Source: Eledone cirrhosa (lineage: Eukaryota). Taken from it: DNA of 64,000 bases. Both the position numbers and the translations under genes were made by a program. The notes beneath the pieces are model-generated. The model made no database searches. It was not told the DNA's origin and saw only the letters and a program-made list of their open reading frames with translations. The DNA is taken from the NCBI GenBank assembly GCA_964016885.1, contig OZ024744.1, forward strand, positions 28,396,001 to 28,460,000, in the 5' to 3' direction. Position 1 is the stretch's first letter, and every line of letters begins with the position of its first letter. Of the stretch, positions 1 to 15,600 are shown in pieces.

Positions 1-3000
1 GTTGTTGTTGTTGTCGTCGTTGTCATCACTGTTATCGTCGCTGTTGTTGTCGTTGTTGTCCTTGTTATCATGGTTATTGTCACTGTTGTTGTCGCTGTTA
101 TCACTGTTATTGTCAATGTTGTTGTTGTCGCTGTTATAACTGTTATTGTCACTGTTGTTGTTGTTGTTGTCATTGTTATCACTGTTATTGTCACTATTGT
201 TGTTGTCACTGTTATTGTTCTTGTCGCTGTTACCACTGTTATTGTCTTTGTTGTTGTTGTGGTCGCTGTTATCACTGTTATTGTCACTGTTGTTGTTGTG
301 GTCGCTGTTATCACTGTTATTGCCACTGTTGCTGTTGTTGTCGCTGTTATCACTGTTATTGTCACTGTTGTTGTTGTTGTTGTCGCTGTTATCACTGTTA
401 TTGTCACTGTTGCTGTTGTTGTCGCTGTTATCACTGTTATTGTCATTGTTGTTGTTGTTGTCGCGGTTATCACAGTTATTGTCATTGGTGTTGTTGTTGT
501 TGTTCTCGCTGTTATCACTGTTATTGTCGATGTTATACCTGTTATTGTCACTGTTGTTGTTGTTTTTGTCGGTGTTATAACTGTTATTAGTTACTGTTGT
601 TGTTGTTGTTGTTCTTGCTGTTAGAACTATTATTGCCATTGTTGTTGTTGTTGTTGTCTCTGTTATCACTGTTATTGTCACTCTTGTTGTTGTCGCTGTT
701 ATTGTCACTGTTGTTGTTGTTGTTGTTGTCGCTGTTATAACTGTTAATGTCACTGTTGTTGTTGTTCTCACTGTTATCACTGTTATTGTCATTGTTGTTG
801 TTGTTGTTGTTGTTGTCGCTGTTATCATTGTTATTGTCATTGTTGTTGTCGCTGTTATCACTGTTATTGTCACTGTTATTGTCGCTGTTACAACTGTCAA
901 TGTTGTTGTTGTTATTGTCGCTGTTATCACTGTTATTGTCATTGTTGTTATTGTTGTTGTCGCTGTTATAACTGTTATTGTCACTGTTGTTGTTGTCGCT
1001 GTTTTAACTGTTATTGTCATTGTTGTTGTAGTCGCAGTTATCAATGTTATTGACACTGTTGTTGTTGTTGTTCTCGCTGTTATCACTGTTATTATCACTG
1101 TTGTTGTTGTTCTCGCTGCTATCATTGTTATTGTCATTGTTGTTGTTGTTGTTGTTGTTGTCGCTGTTATCACTGTCATTGTCACTGTTGTTTTCGCTGT
1201 TATCACTGTTATCGTCATCGTTGTTGTTGTTCTCGCTGTTATCACTGTTATTGTCACTGTTGTCGCTGTTATCACTGTTATTGTCACTGTTGTTGGTGTC
1301 GCTGTTATCACGGTTATTGTCACTGTTGTTCTTGTTGTCGCTGTTATAACTGTTATGGTTACTATTGTTGTTGTTCTCGCTGTTATCACTGTTATTGTCA
1401 CTGTTGTTGTTGTCGCTGTTATCGCTGTTATTGTCATTGTTGTTGTTGTTGTTGTCGCTGTTATCACTGTTATTGTCACTGATGTTGTTGTTCTCGCTGT
1501 TATCACTGTTATTGTCACTGTTGTTGTTGTTGTTGTTGTTCTCGCTGTTATCACTGTTATTGTCATTGCTGTTGTTGTTGTCGCTGTTATTGTCATTGCT
1601 GTTGTTGTTGTTGTTGTCGGTGTTATCAGTGTTATTGTCACTGTTGTTGTTGTTGTCGCTGTTATCACTGTTATTGTCATTGCTGTTGTTGTTGTTGTCG
1701 CTGTTATCACTGTTATTGTCATTGGTGTTGTTGTTGTTGTCGCTGTTATAACTGTTATTGTCATTGCTGTTGTTGTTGTTGTCGCTGTTATAACTGTTAT
1801 TGTCATTGCTGTTGTTGTTGTTGTCGCTGTTATCACTGTTATTGTCATTGCTGTTGTTGTTGTTGTCGCTGTTATCACTGTTATTGTCACTGTTGTTGTT
1901 GTTATCGCTGTTATCACTGTTATTGTCACTGTTGTCGTTGTTGTTGTCGCTGTTATAACTGTTATTGTCATTGTTGTTGTTGTCGCTGTTATAACTGTTA
2001 TTGTCACTGTTGTTGTTGTTGTCGCTGTTATTGTCACTGTTGTTGTTTTGTTGTTGTTGTTGTTGTTGTCGCTGTTATCACTGTTATTGTTCTGTTGTTG
2101 TTGTTGTCGCAGTTATAACTGTTATTGCCATTGTTGTTGTTGTTGTTGTCTCTGTTATCACTGTTATTGTCACTGTTGTTGTTGTCGCTGTTATAACTGT
2201 TATTGTTATTGGTGTTGTTGTCGCTGTTATGACTGTTATTGTCATTATTGTTGTTGTCGTTGTTATCACTGTTAATGTCATTGTTGTTGTTGTTTTTGTC
2301 GCTGTTATTACTGTTATTGTCACTGTGGTTGTTGTTGTTCTCGCTGTTATGACAGTTATAGTCACTGTTGTTGTTGGTGTCGCTGTTATAACTGTTATTG
2401 TCACTGTTGTTGTTGTTGTAGCTTTTATCACTGTTATTGACACTGTGGTTATTGTTGTCGCTGTTATAACTGCTATTGTCACTGTTGTTGTTGTCGATGT
2501 TATTGTCACTGTTGTTGTTTTGTTGTTGTTGTTGTCGTCGCTGTTATAACTGTTATTGCCATTGTTGTTGTTGTTGTTGTCTCTGTTATCACTGTTATTG
2601 TTACTGTTGTTGTTGTCGCTGTTATAACTGATATTGTTATTGGTGTTGTTGTTGTCGCTGTAATAACTGTTATTGTCATTATTGTTGTTGTCGCTGTTAT
2701 CACTGTTATTGTCATTGTTGTTGTTTTTGTCGCTGATATTACTGTTATTGTCACTGTGGTTGTTGTTCTCGCTGTTATCACAGTTATTGTCACTGTTGTT
2801 GTTGTTGTTGTCGCTGTTATAACTGTTATTGTCACTGTTGTTGTTGTTCTTGTCGCTGTTATAACTGTTATTGACACTGTTGTTGTTGTTGTCGCTGTTA
2901 TCACTGTTATTGTCACTGGTGTTGTTGTTGGCGCTGTTATCGTCACTGTTGTTGTTTTGTTGTTGTTTTTGTCGTCGTTGTCATCACTGTTATTGTCACT

Positions 3001-6000
3001 GTTGTTGTTGTTGTTGTCGTTGTTATCATGCTTATTGTCACTGTTGTTGTTGACGTTGTTGTTGTTGTTATCACTGTTATTGTCACTGTTGTCTTTGTTG
3101 TTGTTGTTGTCGTTGTCATCACTGTTATTGTCGCTGTTGTTGTTGTTGTCGCTATTATTTTCACTGTTGATGTTTTGTTGTTGTTGTTGTTGTCGTCGTT
3201 TTCATCACTGTTATTGTCGCTGTTGTTGTCGCTGTTATAACTGTTATTGTCAAAGTTGTTGTTGTTGTCTCTGTTATCACTGTTATTGTCACTGTTGTTG
3301 TTGTTGTCGCTGTTATCACTGTTATTGTCACTGGTGTTGTTGTTGTCGCTGTTAGTGTCACTCTTGTTGTTTTGTTGTTGTTGTCGTCGTTGTCATCACT
3401 GTTATTGTCGCTGTTGTTGTTGTTATCATGCTTATTGTCACTGTTGTTGTTGTTGTGGTTGTTGTTGTTGTTATCACTGTTATTGTCACTGTTGTCTTTG
3501 TTGTTGTCGTTGTCATGACTGTTATTGTTGCTGTTGTTGTTGTTGTTGTTCTCGCTGTTATTGTCACTGTTGTTGTTTTGTTGTTGTTGTTGTCGTCGTT
3601 GTCATCACTGTTATCGTTGCTGTTGTTGTCGTTGTTGTCCTTGTTATCATGGTTATTGTCACTGTTTTTGTCGCTGTTATCACTGTTATTGTGACTGTTG
3701 TTGTTGTCGCTGTTATAACTGTTATTGTCACTGTTGTTGTTGTTGTTGTCATTGTTATCACTGTTATTGTCACTATTGTTGTTGTCACTATTATTGTTCT
3801 TGTCGCTGTTACCACTGTTATTTTCATTGTTGTTGTTGTTGTTCTCTCTGTTATCACTGTTATTGTCACTGTTGTTGTGGTTCTCGCTGTTATAACTGTT
3901 ATTGTGACTGTTGTTGTTGTTGTCGCTGTTATAACTGTTATTGTCATTGTTGTTGTTGTCGCTGTTATCACTGTTATTGACACTGTTGTTGTTGTTGTTC
4001 TCGCTGTTATCACTGTTATTGTCACTGTTGCTGTTGTTGTCGCTGTTATAACTGTTATTGTCACTGTTGTTGTTGCTGTTGTCGCTGTCATAACTCTTAT
4101 TGTCACTGTTGATGTTGTTGTTGTCGTTGTTATCACTGTTATTGTCATTATTGTTGTTCTCGCTGTTATAACTGGTATTGACAATGTTGTTGTTGTCGCT
4201 GTTATAACTGTTATTGTCTCTGTTGATGTTGTTGTTGTCGCTGTTATAACTGTTATTGTCACTGTTGTTGTTGTCGTTGTTATAACTCTTATTGTCACTG
4301 TTTTTGTTGTTGTTGTCGTTGTTACCACTGTTATTGTGATTATTGTTGTTGGCGCTGTTATCACTGTTATTGTCATTGTTGTTGTTGTTGTCGCTGTTAT
4401 CACTGTTATTGTCCCTGTTGTTGTTGTCGCTGTTATAACTGTTATTGTCAATATTGCTTTTGTTGTTGTCGCTCTTATCACTCTTATTGCCATTGTTGTT
4501 GTTGTTGTCGCTGCTATCCCTTGTTATTGTTACTGTTGTTGTTGTTGTTCTCGCTGTTATCACAGTTATTGTCACTGTTGTTGTGTTGTTCTCGATGTTA
4601 TCACTGTTATTGTCACTGTTGTTGTTGTTGTCGCTGTTATCACTGTTATTGTCATTGTTGTTGTTGTTGTACTCGCTGTTATCACTGTTATTGTCACTGT
4701 TGTTGTTGTCGCTGTTATCACTGTTATTTTCATTGTTGTTTTTGTTGTCACTGTTATAACTGTCATTGTCATTGTTGTTGTCGCTGTTATCACTGCTATT
4801 GTCATTGTTGTTGTTGTTGTCGCTGTTATCACTGTTATTGTCACTGTTGTTGTTGTCCCTGTTATCACTGTTAGTGTGACTGTTGTTGTTGTTGTTGTCA
4901 CTGTTATTTATAAATGTTATTGTCACTGCTGTTGTTGTCGCTGTTATAACTGTTATTGTCACTGTTGTTGTTGTCGCTGTTATAACTGTTATTGTCACTG
5001 TTTTGTTGTTGTCGCTGTTATAACTGTTATTGTCACTGTTGTTGTTGTTGTTGTTGTTGTCGCTGTTATCACTGTTATTGTCACTGTTGTTGTTGTCGTT
5101 GTCCCTGTTATAACTGTTATTGTCACTGTTGTTGTTGCTGTTGTCGCTGTCATAACTCTTATTGTCACTGTTGTTGCTGTTGTTGTCGTTGTTATCACTG
5201 TTATTGTAATTGTTGTTGTTGTCGCTGTTATAACTGTTATTGTCACTGTTGTCGTTGTACCTGTTATAACTGTTATTGTCACTGTTGTTGTTGCTGTTGT
5301 CGCTGTCATAACTCTTATTGTCACTGTTGTTGTTGTTGTTGTCGTTGTTATCATTGTTATTGTAATTATTGTTGTTCTCGCTGTTATCACTGGTATTGAC
5401 ACTGTTGTTGTTGTTGTTGTCGCTGTTATAACTGTTATTGTCACTGTTGTTGTTGTGGTTCTCGCTGTTATAACTGTTATTGTGACTGTTGTTGTTGTTG
5501 TCGCTGTTATAACTGTTATTGTCATTGTTGTTGTTGTTGTCGCTGTTATCACTGTTATTGACACTGTCGTTGTTGCTGTTCTCGCTGTTATCACTGTTAT
5601 TGTCACTGTTGATGTTGTTGTCGCTGTTATAACTGTTATTGTCACTGTTGTTGTTGCTGTTGTCGCTGTTATAACTGTTATAGTCTCTGTTGATGTCGTT
5701 GTTGTCGCTGTTATAACTGTTATTGTCACTGTTGTTGTTGTCGCTGTTATAACTCTTATTGACACTGTTGTTGTTGTTGTTGTCGTTGTTATCACTGTTA
5801 TTGTCATTATTGTTGTTGGCGCTGTTATCACTGTTATTGTCCCTGTTGTTGTTGTCGCTGTTATAACTGTTATTGTCACTATTGCTTTTGTTGTTGTCGC
5901 TCTTATCACTCTTATTGTCATTGTTGTTGTTTTTCTCGCTGCTATCCCTGATATTGTTACTGTTGTTGTTCTCGCTGTTATCACAGTTATTGTCACTGTT

Positions 6001-9000
6001 GTTGTTGTTCTCGCTGTTATCACTGTTATTGTCACTGTTGTTGTTGTTGTCGCTGTTATATCTGTTATTGTCACTGTTGTTGTTGTTGCTGTCTCTGTTA
6101 TCACTGTTATTGTCATTATTGTTGTTGTTGTTGTACTCGCTGTTATCACTGTTATTGTCACTGTTGTTGTCGATGATATCACTGTTATTTTCATTGTTGT
6201 TTTTGTTGTCACTGTTATAACTGTTATTGTCATTGTTGTTGTTGTCGCTGTTATCACTGTTATTGTCATTGTTGTTGTTGTTGTCGCTGTTATCACTGTT
6301 ATTGTCACTGTTGTTGTTGTTGTCTATGTTATCACTGTTATTGTCATTGTTGTTATTGTTGTTGTCGCTGTTATAACTGTTATTGTCATTGTTGTTGTTG
6401 TCGCTGTTATAACTGTTATTGTCACTGTTGTCGTTGTCCCTGTTATAACTGTTACTGTCACTGTTGTTGTTGTAGCTTTTATCACTGTTATTGTCACTGT
6501 TGTTGTCGCCGTTATCACTGTTATTGTCATTGTTGTTGTTGTCGCTGTTATAACTGTTATTCTCATTGTTGTTGTTGTTGCTGTCGCTGTTATCACTGTT
6601 ATTGTCATTGTTGTTGTCGCTGTTATCACTGTTATTGTCACTGTTGTTGTTTTTGTCGCTGTTTTCACTGTTATTGTCACTGTTGTTGTCACTGTTATAA
6701 ATGTTATTGTCACTGTTGTTGTTGTCGCTGTTATAACTGTTATTGTCACTGTTGTTGTTGTTGTCGGTGTTATAACTGTTATTGTCACTGTCGTTTTTGT
6801 TTTCGCTCTTATCACTGTTATTGTCACTGTTGTTGTTGTTGTCGCTGTTATAACTGTTATTGTCATTGTTGTTGTTGTCGCTGTTATAACTGTTATTGTC
6901 ACTGTTGTTGTCGCTGTTATTGTCACTGTTGTTGTTTTGTTGTTGTTGTTGTTGTTGTTGTCGCTGTTATCACTGTTATTGTTCTGTTGTTGTTGTCGCT
7001 GTTATAACTGTTATTGCCATTGTTGTTGTTGTTGTTGTCTCTGTTATCACTGTTATTGTCACTATTGTTGTTGTCGCTGTTATAACTTTTATTGTTATTG
7101 TTGTTGTTGTTGTCTCTGTTATCACTGTTATTGTCATTGTTGTTGTAGTCGCTGTTATCACTGTTAATGTCATTGTTGTTGTTGTTTTCGTCGCTGTTAT
7201 TACTGTTATTGTCACTGTGGTTGTTGTTGTTCTCGCTGTTATCACAGTTATTGTCACTGTTGTTGTTGTTGTTGTCGCTGTTATAACTGTTATTGTCACT
7301 GTTGTTGTTGTTCTTGTCGCTGTTATAACTGTTATTGTCACTGTTGTTGTTGTAGCTTTTATCACTGTTATTGACACTATTGTTATTGTTGTCGCTGTTA
7401 TAACTGTTATTGTCACTGTTGTTGTTGTTGTCGCTGTTATTGTCACTGTTGTTGTTTTGTTGTTGTTGTTGTCGCTGTTATAACTGTTATTGCCATTGTT
7501 GTTGTTGTTGTTGTCTCTGTTTTGACTGTTATTGTCATTGTTGTTGTTGTCGCTGTTATCACTGTTAATGTCATTGTTGTTGTTGTTTTTGTCGCTGTTA
7601 TTACTGTTATTGTCACTGTGGTTGTTGTTGTTCTCGCTGTTATCACAATTATTGTCACTGTTGTTGTTGTTGTCACTGTCATAACTGTTATTGTCATTGT
7701 TGTTGTTGTCACTGTTATTGTCACTGTTGTTGTTGTTCTTGTCGCTGTTATAACTGTTATTGTCACTGTTATTGTTGTTGTAGCTTTTATCACTGTTATT
7801 GACACTGTTGTTATTGTTGTCGCTGTTATAACTGTTATTGTCACTGTTGTTGTTGTTGTCGCTGTTATTGTCACTGTTGTTGTTTTGTTGTTGTTGTTGT
7901 CGCTGTTATAACTGTTATTGCCATTGTTGTTGTTGTTGTTGTTGTCTCTGTTATCACTGTTATTGTCACTGTTGTTGTTGTCGCTGTTATAACTGATATT
8001 GTTATTGGTGTTGTTGTTGTCGCTGTTATAACTGTTATTGTCATTGTTGTTGTTGTCGCTGTTATCACTGTTATTGTCATTGTTGTTGTTGTTTTTGTCG
8101 CTGTTATTACTGTTATTGTCACTGTGGTTGTTGTTCTCGCTGTTATCACTGTTATTGACACTGTTGTTGTTGTTGTCGCTGTTATCACTGTTATTGACAC
8201 TGGTGTTGTTGTTGGCGCTGTTATCGTCACTGTTGTTGTTTTGTTGTTGTTGTTATCACTGTTATTGTCACTATTGTTGTTGTCGCTGTTATCACTGTTA
8301 TTGTCCCTGTTGTTGTTGTTCTCGCTGTTATCACTGTTATCGTCACTGTTGTTGTGTTGTTGTCGCTGTTATAACTGTTATTGTCACTGTTATTGTTGTT
8401 GTCGCTGTTACCACTGTTATTGTCTTTGTTGTTGTTGTTGTTCTCGCTGTTATCACTGTTATTGTCATTGTTGTTGTCGCTGTTATCACTTATATTGTCA
8501 TTGTTGTTGTTATTGTCGCTGTTATAACTGTTATTGTCACTGATGTTGTTGTTGTCGCTGTTATAACTGTTATTGTCAAAGTTGTTGTTGTTGTCTCTGT
8601 TATCACTGTTATTGTCACTGTTGTTGTTGTTGTCGCTGTTATCACTGTTATTGTCACTGGTGTTGTTGTTGTCGCTGTTAGTATCACTCTTGTTGTTTTG
8701 TTGTTGTTGTCGTCGTTGTCATCACTGTTATTGTCGCTGTTGTTGTTGTTCTCGTTGTTATCATGCTTATTGTCACTGTTGTTGTTGTGGTTGTTGTTGT
8801 TGTTATCACTGTTATTGTCGCTGTTGTTGTTGTTGTTGTTGTCGCTGTTATTGTCACTGTTGTTGTTTTGTTGTTGTTGTTGTCGTCGTTGTCATCACTG
8901 TTATCGTCGCTGTTGTTGTCGTTGTTGTCCTTGTTATCATGGTTATTGTCACTGTTGTTGTCGCTGTTATCACTGTTATTGTCACTGTTGTTGTTGTCGC

Positions 9001-9666
9001 TGTTATAACTGTTATTGTCACTGTTGTTGTTGTTGTTGTCATTGTTATCACTGTTATTGTCACTATTGTTGTTGTCACTGTTATTGTTCTTGTCGCTGTT
9101 ACCACTGTTATTGTCTTTGTTGTTGTTGTGGTCGCTGTTATCACTGTTATTGTCACTGTTGTTGTCGCTGTTATCACTGTTATTGTCACTGTTGCTGTTG
9201 TTGTCGCTGTTATCACTGTTATTGTCATTGTTGTTGTTGTTGTCGCGGTTATCACAGTTATTGTCATTGTTGTTGTTGTTGTTGTTGTTCTCGCTGTTAT
9301 CACTGTTATTGTCGATGTTATACCTGTTATTGTCACTGTTGTTGTTGTCGATGTTATAACTGTTATTAGTTACTGTTGTTGTTGTTGCAGTTATAACTAT
9401 TATTGTCATTGTTGTTGTTGTTGCTGTCGGTATTATTACTGTTATTGCCATTGTTGTTGTTGTTGTTGTTGTCTGTGTTATCACTGTTATTGTCACTGTT
9501 GTTGTTGTCGCTGTTGTTGTTGTCGCTGTTATAACTGTTATTGTCACTGTTGTTGTTGTTGTTGTTGTCGCTGTTATCACTGTTATTGTTCTGTTGTTGT
9601 TGTTGTCGCTGTTATAACTGTTAATGTCACTGTGGTTGTTGTTCTCGCTGTTATCACTGTTATTGT

Positions 9667-9699
<33 letters not shown>

Positions 9700-12600
9700 C
9701 GCTGTTATCATTGTTATTGTCATTGTTGTTGTCGCTGTTATCACTGTTATTGTCACTGTTATCACAATAACACTGTTATTGACACTGTTGTTATTGTTGT
9801 CGCTGTTATAACTGTTATTGTCACTATTGTTGTTGTTGTCGCTGTTATTGTCACTGTTGTTGTTTTGTTGTTGTTGTCGCTGTTATAACTGTTATTGTCA
9901 TTGTTGTTGTTGTTGTTGTTGTCTCTGTTATCACTGTTATTGTCACTGTTGTTGTTGTCGCTGTTATAACTGATATTGTTATTGGTGTTGTTGTTGTCAC
10001 TGTTATAACTGTTATTGTCATTGTTGTTGTTGTCGCTGTTATCACTGTTATTGTCATTGTTGTTGTTGTTTTTGTCGCTGTTATCACTGTTATTGACACT
10101 GTTGTTGTTGTTGTTGTCGCTGTTATCACTGTTATTGTCAATGGTGTTGTTGTTGGCGCTGTTATCGTCACTGTTGTTGTTTTGTTGTTGTTGTTGTCGT
10201 TGTTGTTGTTGTTATCACTGTTATTGTCACTGTTGTCTTTGTTGTTGTTGTTGTCGTTGTCATCACTGTTATTGTCGCTGTTGTTGTTGTTGTCGCTGTT
10301 ATTTTCACTGTTGATGTTTTGTTGTTGTTGTTGTCGTCGTTGTCATCACTGTTACTGTCGCTGTTGTTGTCGTTGTTGTCGTATTTATTATGGTTATTGT
10401 CACTGTTGTTGTTGTTATCACTGTTATAGTCACTGTTGTTGTTGTCGCTGTTATAACTGTTATTGTCACTGTTGTTGTTGTTGTTGTCATTGTTATCACT
10501 GTTATTGTCACTATTGTTGTTGTCGCTGTTATCACTGTTATTGTCACTGTTGTTGTTCTCGCTGTTATCACTGTTATCGTCACTGTTGTTGTGTTGTTGT
10601 CGCTGTTATAACTGTTATTGTCAAATTTGTTGTTGTCGCTGTTATAACTGTTATTGTCACTGTTATTGTTGTTGTCGCTGTTACCACTGTTATTGTCTTT
10701 GTTGTTGTTGTTGTTCTCGCTGTTATCACTGTTATTGTCATTGTTGTTGTCGCTGTTATCACTTATATTGTCATTGTTGTTGTTGTTGTCGCTGTTATAA
10801 CTGTTATTGTCACTGATGTTGTTGTTGTCGCTGTTATAACTGTTATTGTCAAAGTTGTTGTTGTTGTCTCTGTTATCACTGTTATTGTCACTGTTGTTGT
10901 TGTTGTCGCTGTTTTCACTGTTATTGTCACTGGTGTTGTTGTTGTCGCTGTTAGTATCACTCTTATTGTTTTGTTGTTGTTGTCGTCGTTGTCATCACTG
11001 TTATTGTCGCTGTTGTTGTTGTTGTTGTCGTTGTTATCATGCTTATTGTCACTGTTGTTGTTGTGGTTGTTGTTGTTGTTATCACTGTTATTGCCGCTGT
11101 TGTTGTTGTTGTTGTTGTCGCTGTTATTGTCACTGTTGTTGTTTTGTTGTTGTTGTCGTCGTTGTCATCACTGTTATCGTCGCTGTTGTTGTCGTTGTTG
11201 TCCTTGTTATCATGGTTATTGTCACTGTTGTTGTCGCTGTTATCACTGTTATTGTCACTGATGTTGTTGTCGCTGTTATAACTGTTATTGTCACTGTTGT
11301 TGTTGTTGTTGTCATTGTTATCACTGTTATTGTCACTATTGTTGTTGTCACTGTTATTGTTCTTGTCGCTGTTACCACTGTTATTGTCTTTGTTGTCGTT
11401 GTGGTCGCTGTTATCACTGTTATTGTCACATGGTTGTTGTTGTTGTCGCTGTTATCACTGTTATTGCCACTGTTGCTGTCGTTGTCTCTGTTATCACTGT
11501 TATTGTCACTGTTGTTGTTGTTGTTGTCGCTGTTATCACTGTTATTGTCACTGTTGTTGTTGTCGCTGTTATCACTATTATTGTCACTGTTGCTGTTGTT
11601 GTCGCTGTTATCACTGTTATTGTCATTGTTGTTGTTGTTGTCGCGGTTATCACAGTTATTGTCATTGTTGTTGTTGTTGTTGTTGTTCTCGCTGTTATCA
11701 CTGTTATTGTCGATGTTATACCTGTTATTGTCACTGTTGTTGTTGTTGTTGTTGTCGCTGTTATCACTGTTATCGTTCTGTTATTGTTGTTGTCGCTGTT
11801 ATAACAGTTAATGTCACTGTTGTTGTTGTTCTCGCTGTTATCACTGTTATTGTCATTGTTGTTGTTGTTGTTGTTGTTGTTGTCGCTGTTACAACTGTCA
11901 ATGTTGTTGTTGTTATTGTCGCTGTTATCACTGTTATTGTCATTGTTGTTATTGTTGTTGTCGCTGTTATAACTGTTATTGTCACTGTTGTTTTTGTTGT
12001 TGCCGCTGTTATCACTGTTATTGTCACTGTTGTTGTAGCTGTTATAACTGTTATTGTCACTGTTGTTACTGTTGTCACTGTTATCACTGTTATTGTCACT
12101 GTTGTTGTTGTTCTCGCTGTTATCACTGTTATTGTCATTGTTGTTGTCGCTGTTATCACTGTTATTGTCACTGTTGCTGTTGTTGTCGCTGTTATCTCTG
12201 TTATTGTCATTGTTGTTGTTGTTGTCGCTGTTATAACTGTTATTGTCATTGTTGTTGTTGTTGTTGTTCTCGCTGTTATCACTGTTATTGTCACTGTTGT
12301 TGTTGTTGCTGTCGGTGTTATAACTGTTATTAGTTAATGTTGTTGTTGTTGTTCTCGCTTTTATAACTGTTAATGTCATTGTTGTTGTTGTTGTCGCTGT
12401 TATCACTGTTAATGTCACTGTTGTTGTTGTCGCTATTATCACTGTTATTGTCACTGTTGTTGTTGTTGTCGCTGTTATCACTGTTATTGTCACAGTTGTT
12501 GTCGCTGTTATCACTGTTATTGTCATTGTTGTTGTTGTTGTCGCTGTTATCACTGTTATTGTCATTGTTGTTGTCGTTATTATCGATATTATTGTCCCTG

Positions 12601-15600
12601 TTGTTGTTGGTCTCGCTGGTATAACTGTTATTGTCACTGTTGTTGTTGTTGCTGTTATAACTGTTATTACACTGTTGTTGTTGTTGTCGCTGTTATAACT
12701 GTTATTGTCATTGTTGTTGTCTCTGTTATCACTGTTATTGTCACTGTTGTTGTTGTCGCTGTTATAACTGATATTGTTGTTGGTGTTGATGTTGTCGCTG
12801 TTATAACTGTTATTGTCATTGTTGTTGTTGTCGTTGTTATCACTGTTATTGTCATTGTTGTTGTTGTTTTTGTCGCTGTTATTACTGTTATTGTCACTGT
12901 GGTTGTTGTTCTCGCTGTTATCACAGTTATTGTCACTGTTGTCGTTGTTATTGTCGCTGTTATAACTGTTATTGTCACTGTTGTTGTTGTTGTCGCTGTT
13001 ATCACTGTTATTGACACTGTTGTTGTTGTTGTCGCTGTTATCACTGTTATTGTCACTGGTGTTGTTGTTGGCGCTGTTATCGTCACTGTTGTTGTTTTGT
13101 TGTTGTTGTTGTCATCGTTGTCATCACTGTTATTGTCACTGTTGTTGTTGTTGTTGTCGTTCTTATCATGCTTATTGTCACTGTTGTTGTTGTCGTTGTT
13201 GTTGTTGTTATCACTGTTATTGTCACTGTTGTCTTTGTTGTTGTTGTTGTTGTTGTCGCTGTTATTTTCACCGTTGATGTTTTGTTGTTGTTGTTGTCGT
13301 CGTTGTCATCACTGTTATTGTCACTATTGTTGTTGTCGCTGTTATCACTGTTATTGTCACTGTTGTTGTTGTTCTCACTGTTATAGTCACTGTTGTTGTT
13401 GTCGCTGTTATAACTGTTATTGTCACTGTTGTTGTTGTTGTCATTGTTATCACTGTTATTGTCACTATTGTTGTTGTCGCTGTTATCACTGTTACTGTCA
13501 CTGTTGTTGTTGTTCTCGCTGTTATCACTGTTATCGTCACTGTTGTGTTGTTGTCGCTGTTATAACTGTTATTGTCAAAGTTGTTGTTGTCGCTGTTACC
13601 ACTGTTATTGTCTTTGTTGTTGTTGTTGTTCTCGCTGTTATCACTGTTATTGTCATTGTTGTTGTCGCTGTTATCACTTATATTGTCATTGTTGTTGTTC
13701 TTCTCGCTGTTATAACTGTTATTGTCACTGATGTTGTTGTTGTCGCTGTTATAACTGTTATTGTCAAAGTTGTTGTTGTTGTCTCTGTTATCACTGTTAT
13801 TGTCACTGTTGTTGTTGTCGCTGTTATCACTGTTATTGTCACTGGTGTTGTTGTTGTCGCTGTTAGTGTCACTCTTGTTGTTTTGTTGTTGTTGTCGTCG
13901 TTGTCATCACTGTTATTGTCGCTGTTGTTGTCGTTGTTGTCGTATTTATCATGGTTATTGTCACTGTTGTTGTTGTTATCACTGTTATAGTCACTGTTGT
14001 TGTTGTCGCTCTTATAACTGTTATTGTCACTGTTGTTGTTGTTGTTGTCATTGTTATCACTGTTATTGTCACTATTGTTGTTGTCGCTGTTATCACTGTT
14101 ATTGTCACTGTTGTTGTTCTCGCTGTTATCACTGTTATCGTCACTGTTGTTGTGTTGTTGTCGCTGTTATAACTGTTATTGTCAAAGTTGTTGTTGTCGC
14201 TGTTATAACTGTTATTGTCACTGTTATTGTTGTTGTCGCTGTTACCACTGTTATTGTCTTTGTTGTTGTTGTTGTTCTCGCTGTTATCACTGTTATTGTC
14301 ATTGTTGTTGTCGCTGTTATCACTTATATTGTCATTGTTGTTGTTGTTGTCGCTGTTATAACTGTTATTTTCAAAGTTGTTGTTGTTGTCTCTGTTATCA
14401 CTGTTATTGTCACTGTTGTTGTTGTTGTCGCTGTTTTCACTGTTATTGTCACTGGTGTTGTTGTTGTCGCTGTTAGTATCACTCTTGTTGTTTTGTTGTT
14501 GTTGTCGTCGTTGTCATCACTGTTATTGTCGCTGTTGTTGTTGTTGTTGTCGTTGTTATCATGCTTATTGTCACTGTTGTTGTTGTGGTTGTTGTTGTTG
14601 TTATCACTGTTATTGCCGCTGTTGTTGTTGTTGTTGTTGTCGCTGTTATTGTCACTGTTGTTGTTTTGTTGTTGTTGTCGTCGTTGTCATCACTGTTATC
14701 GTCGCTGTTGTTGTCGTTGTTGTCCTTGTTATCATGGTTATTGTCACTGTTGTTGTCGCTGTTATCACTGTTATTGTCACTGTTGTTGTTGTCGCTGTTA
14801 TAACTGTTATTGTCACTGTTGTTGTTGTTGTTTTCATTGTTATCACTGTTATTGTCACTATTGTTGTTGTCACTGTTATTGTTCTTGTCGCTGTTACCAC
14901 TGTTATTGTCTTTGTTGTTGTTGTGGTGGCTGTTATCACTGTTATTGTCACATGGTGGTTGTTGTTGTCGCTGTTATCACTGTTATTGCCACTGTTGCTG
15001 TTGTTGTCGCTGTTATCACTGTTATTGTCACTGTTGTTGTTGTTGTTGTCGCTGTTATCACTGTTATTGTCACTGTTGTTGTTGTCGCTGTTATCACTGT
15101 TATTGTCACTGTTGCTGTTGTTGTCGCTGTTATCACTGTTATTGTCATTGTTGTTGTTGTTGTCGCGGTTATCACAGTTATTGTCATTGTTGTTGTTGTT
15201 GTTGTTGTTCTCGCTGTTATCACTGTTATTGTCGATGTTATACCTGTTATTGTCACTGTTGTTGTTGTTGTTGTTGTCGCTGTTATAACTGATATTGTTA
15301 TTGGTGTTGATGTTGTCGCTGTTATAACTGTTATTGTCATTGTTGTTGTTGTCGTTGTTATCACTGTTATTGTCATTGTTGTTGTTGTTTTTGTCGCTGT
15401 TATTACTGTTATTCTCACTGTGGTTGTTGTTCTCGCTGTTATCACAGTTATTGTCACTGTTGTCGTTGTTGTTGTCGCTGTTATAACTGTTATTGTCACT
15501 GTTGTTGTTGTCGCTGTTATCACTGTTATTGACACTGTTGTTGTTGTTCTCGCTGTTATCACTGTTATTGTCATTGTTGTTGTCGCTGTTATTACTGTTA